Assembly (NCBI GenBank): GCA_046583095.1
Contig: JAYGDB010000078.1
Span: 7,220-71,219 of the forward strand
Source of the DNA: Myxococcota bacterium
GTDB taxonomy: Bacteria > Myxococcota_A > UBA9160 > UBA4427
Direction of reading: 5' to 3'
Length of the DNA: 64,000 bases
Shown: in pieces, positions 62,752 through 64,000 of the stretch
Position numbering within the stretch: position 1 is the stretch's first letter
Layout: each line of letters begins with the position of its first letter
Notes under the pieces: model-generated
What the model saw: only the letters and a program-made list of their open reading frames with translations
Databases searched by the model: none
What the model was told of the DNA's origin: nothing
Made by a program: the position numbers and the translations under genes

Positions 62752-63558
62752 CTAGAAAAACGCGAGGGTCCGCACCTCGATGCTCTCACGCGGCTTGGCA
62801 CCTTCGAGGCTGGTGGGATCGTCGATCGCGCTGTGGGCGGTGAAGCGGGCAACTCCGGTTGCGGAGTCGTAGCACTTGAGGAGCATCACCTCGTCTGCCC
62901 GCATGGCCGGGTAGTAGTACCAGCGATGAGCCGGATCGAAGCGGAGGGAGTAGACCTCGCCGGTGCGATCCGCGTACTCGAGGCTCGTCTCGACGAAATC
63001 GTCCTGCTTCATCGTCTGGGCGTCACAGAACGCGAGGGGCGTCTCCTCGACGGGACCCCGGATCGGCTTCCAGACGTTGATGACCGAGAAGCGCCGGGTG
63101 AGCAGATCCTCCGCCTCGTCGGGCAGCAGATCGCGAACCCGCTGCGGCCCCGAGGTCAACGTGTAGTCGTTGTGGGCGAAGCGGACGGGAGCCTGGGCAC
63201 CGTCCTCGCCGCGTTCGGCCTTCTGGGGATTGCGCACATTGTGGTCGAACGCGAGCACGCGTCGCGCGCCTGTCACCCCGGCGACCAACTTCTCCACCTC
63301 GGGGTAGTAGACCGTGCGAGCCGAGTCTGGGTCGTACAGGTTCAGCGCAGCAGTCTCGTGATGCACGAGAGTGAAGCCCTCGCAATCCAGGGACGGGGCG
63401 GGATCGAGGGCCCGCGCGTCGCGGATCGGAAGCACGCGGCGATCGCCTTTCGTATTTCGCCAGCGCATCCCCTTGGGCGGCTCCGTGAGCCAATAGACGG
63501 GTCGCTCGCTCATCGGCGCCAGGTAATTCAGCATCGACTCGACCATGGGGATCTCCAA
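62752..63558 (-). CDS. CmcJ/NvfI-like oxidoreductase (cephamycin hydroxylase-related family)
   Basis: 268 aa. Motifs are FAHNDYTLTSGPQRVRDL...FSVINVWKPI...PLAFCDA. The start among MEIPM/MVESM/MLNYL is uncertain. Confidence 0.65.
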   Translation of the reverse strand: MEIPMVESMLNYLAPMSERPVYWLTEPPKGMRWRNTKGDRRVLPIRDARALDPAPSLDCEGFTLVHHETAALNLYDPDSARTVYYPEVEKLVAGVTGARRVLAFDHNVRNPQKAERGEDGAQAPVRFAHNDYTLTSGPQRVRDLLPDEAEDLLTRRFSVINVWKPIRGPVEETPLAFCDAQTMKQDDFVETSLEYADRTGEVYSLRFDPAHRWYYYPAMRADEVMLLKCYDSATGVARFTAHSAIDDPTSLEGAKPRESIEVRTLAFF

Positions 63559-63612
63559 CCGACGGGACCCCGATTCTAACCGACATCGGGCTCGCGTTAG
63601 AGCGTCTCCAGT

Positions 63613-64000
63613 CTAGCGCGAACCGGACTTGTCCCCGCGTTCCGATCGATCCGATCGATCCGACCGATCCGACCGATCCGATCGATCCGCTCGCTCGGAC
63701 CGTTCGTGGCGCTCGCCGCGCCCCGAACTGCTGCGGTCGCCCCGATCGCCGCGGTCGCCCTGCTCGCCCTTGCCGGAGCGTACCGAGTCGATGCGGTCAC
63801 TCCGCTGTAGACGTTCGACGCGAATCCGCGCCGCGCGCAGTCGGCCCTTCGAATCGAGCCGCCCCTCCACGCGAACTATTCTGTCGCGGCCCGGATTGCG
63901 ATCGGCTGGCGCGAGTCCCGAGGCGTCGATGGACGTTCCCGCGATCCGGAAGTCGGCTCCCGCGCGATCCGGCCGCACGAAGCCCTGCAGCGAAAGTCGA
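63613..64000 (-). CDS. DUF5666-like protein with (RSD)n tail, 5'-truncated by the window edge
   Basis: The frame stays open from the stop at 63613 to the window end. The track start at 63978 is a GTG inside an open frame. It has a beta-rich segment (RIVRVEGRLDSKGRLRAARIRVE). The charged tail reads ...ERADRSDRSDRSDRSDRSERGDKSGSR. Confidence 0.45.
   Translation of the reverse strand, partial: RLSLQGFVRPDRAGADFRIAGTSIDASGLAPADRNPGRDRIVRVEGRLDSKGRLRAARIRVERLQRSDRIDSVRSGKGEQGDRGDRGDRSSSGRGERHERSERADRSDRSDRSDRSDRSERGDKSGSR
63641..63694. repeat. 9-bp tandem repeat, about 6 copies, in frame
   Basis: The run is TCCGATCGA x2, TCCGACCGA x2, TCCGATCGA and TCCGCTCGC. It encodes (RSD)n on the minus strand. 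Confidence 0.9.

Noticed and set aside
63641-63694. Tandem repeats here and at 22711-22770 considered as CRISPR arrays
   Set aside because: The units are 9 and 21 bp, directly abutting with no spacers, and lie in frame inside ORFs. They are not CRISPR arrays.
1-64000. Scan of the whole window for mobile elements, prophage, defence systems, tRNA and rRNA
   Set aside because: I recognised no integrase, transposase, recombinase, phage structural, restriction-modification, Cas or toxin-antitoxin-like translations. Apart from the 20883-21067 intergenic island there is no compositional island, and no intergenic gap is long enough for rRNA or has a tRNA-like T-arm.

Overview
The window is high-GC, densely coding chromosomal DNA from a diderm (Gram-negative) bacterium. 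The evidence for diderm is a TonB/ExbB/ExbD system, a TonB-dependent receptor and lipobox lipoproteins. I support about 56 protein-coding genes, one sigma54-type promoter candidate, one clear intrinsic terminator and two in-frame tandem repeats. I found no rRNA, tRNA, CRISPR array, transposase, integrase or phage genes, and the only regulator is a soluble PAS hybrid histidine kinase. All family names come from reading motifs by eye in the supplied translations; no search was run.

Layout:
- 0.2-4.3 kb: a K+ channel and two oxidoreductases.
- 4.7-17.0 kb: a 10-gene minus-strand array holding a Ttp/TonB2-type energiser (DUF3450, long MotA/ExbB, ExbB, TonB, TPR, with ExbD displaced). It also holds two uncharacterised envelope proteins and is divergent from a TonB-dependent receptor.
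- 17.0-24.0 kb: a membrane-anchored sulfatase-fold enzyme, TPR and HEAT-like lipoproteins, and a Gly/Pro-rich secreted protein. That protein has an IPTL-CTERM-like tail and sits behind an AT-rich island carrying a sigma54-like promoter.
- 24.0-32.1 kb: a fused membrane/spermidine-synthase-like protein, a PAS hybrid kinase, a YfhO-like protein and an acetoacetate-decarboxylase-like protein.
- 32.1-64.0 kb: xylA followed by a long redox and xenobiotic-type island. It contains SDRs, GMC, nitroreductase, NMO, ALDH, two DUF3604 paralog operons, an MMPL-type RND pump, an alkylsulfatase-like MBL protein, a sulfotransferase, and EthD and CmcJ-like proteins.

No known defence or mobile system is visible. 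The most promising leads are the TBDR plus Ttp module with its two embedded orphans, the sigma54/IPTL-CTERM-like surface protein, the two DUF3604 operons, the polytopic-enzyme plus kinase cluster, and a 740-aa secreted coiled-coil orphan. Many long Arg/Pro-rich antisense or alternate-frame ORFs in the track are high-GC artefacts and were rejected.
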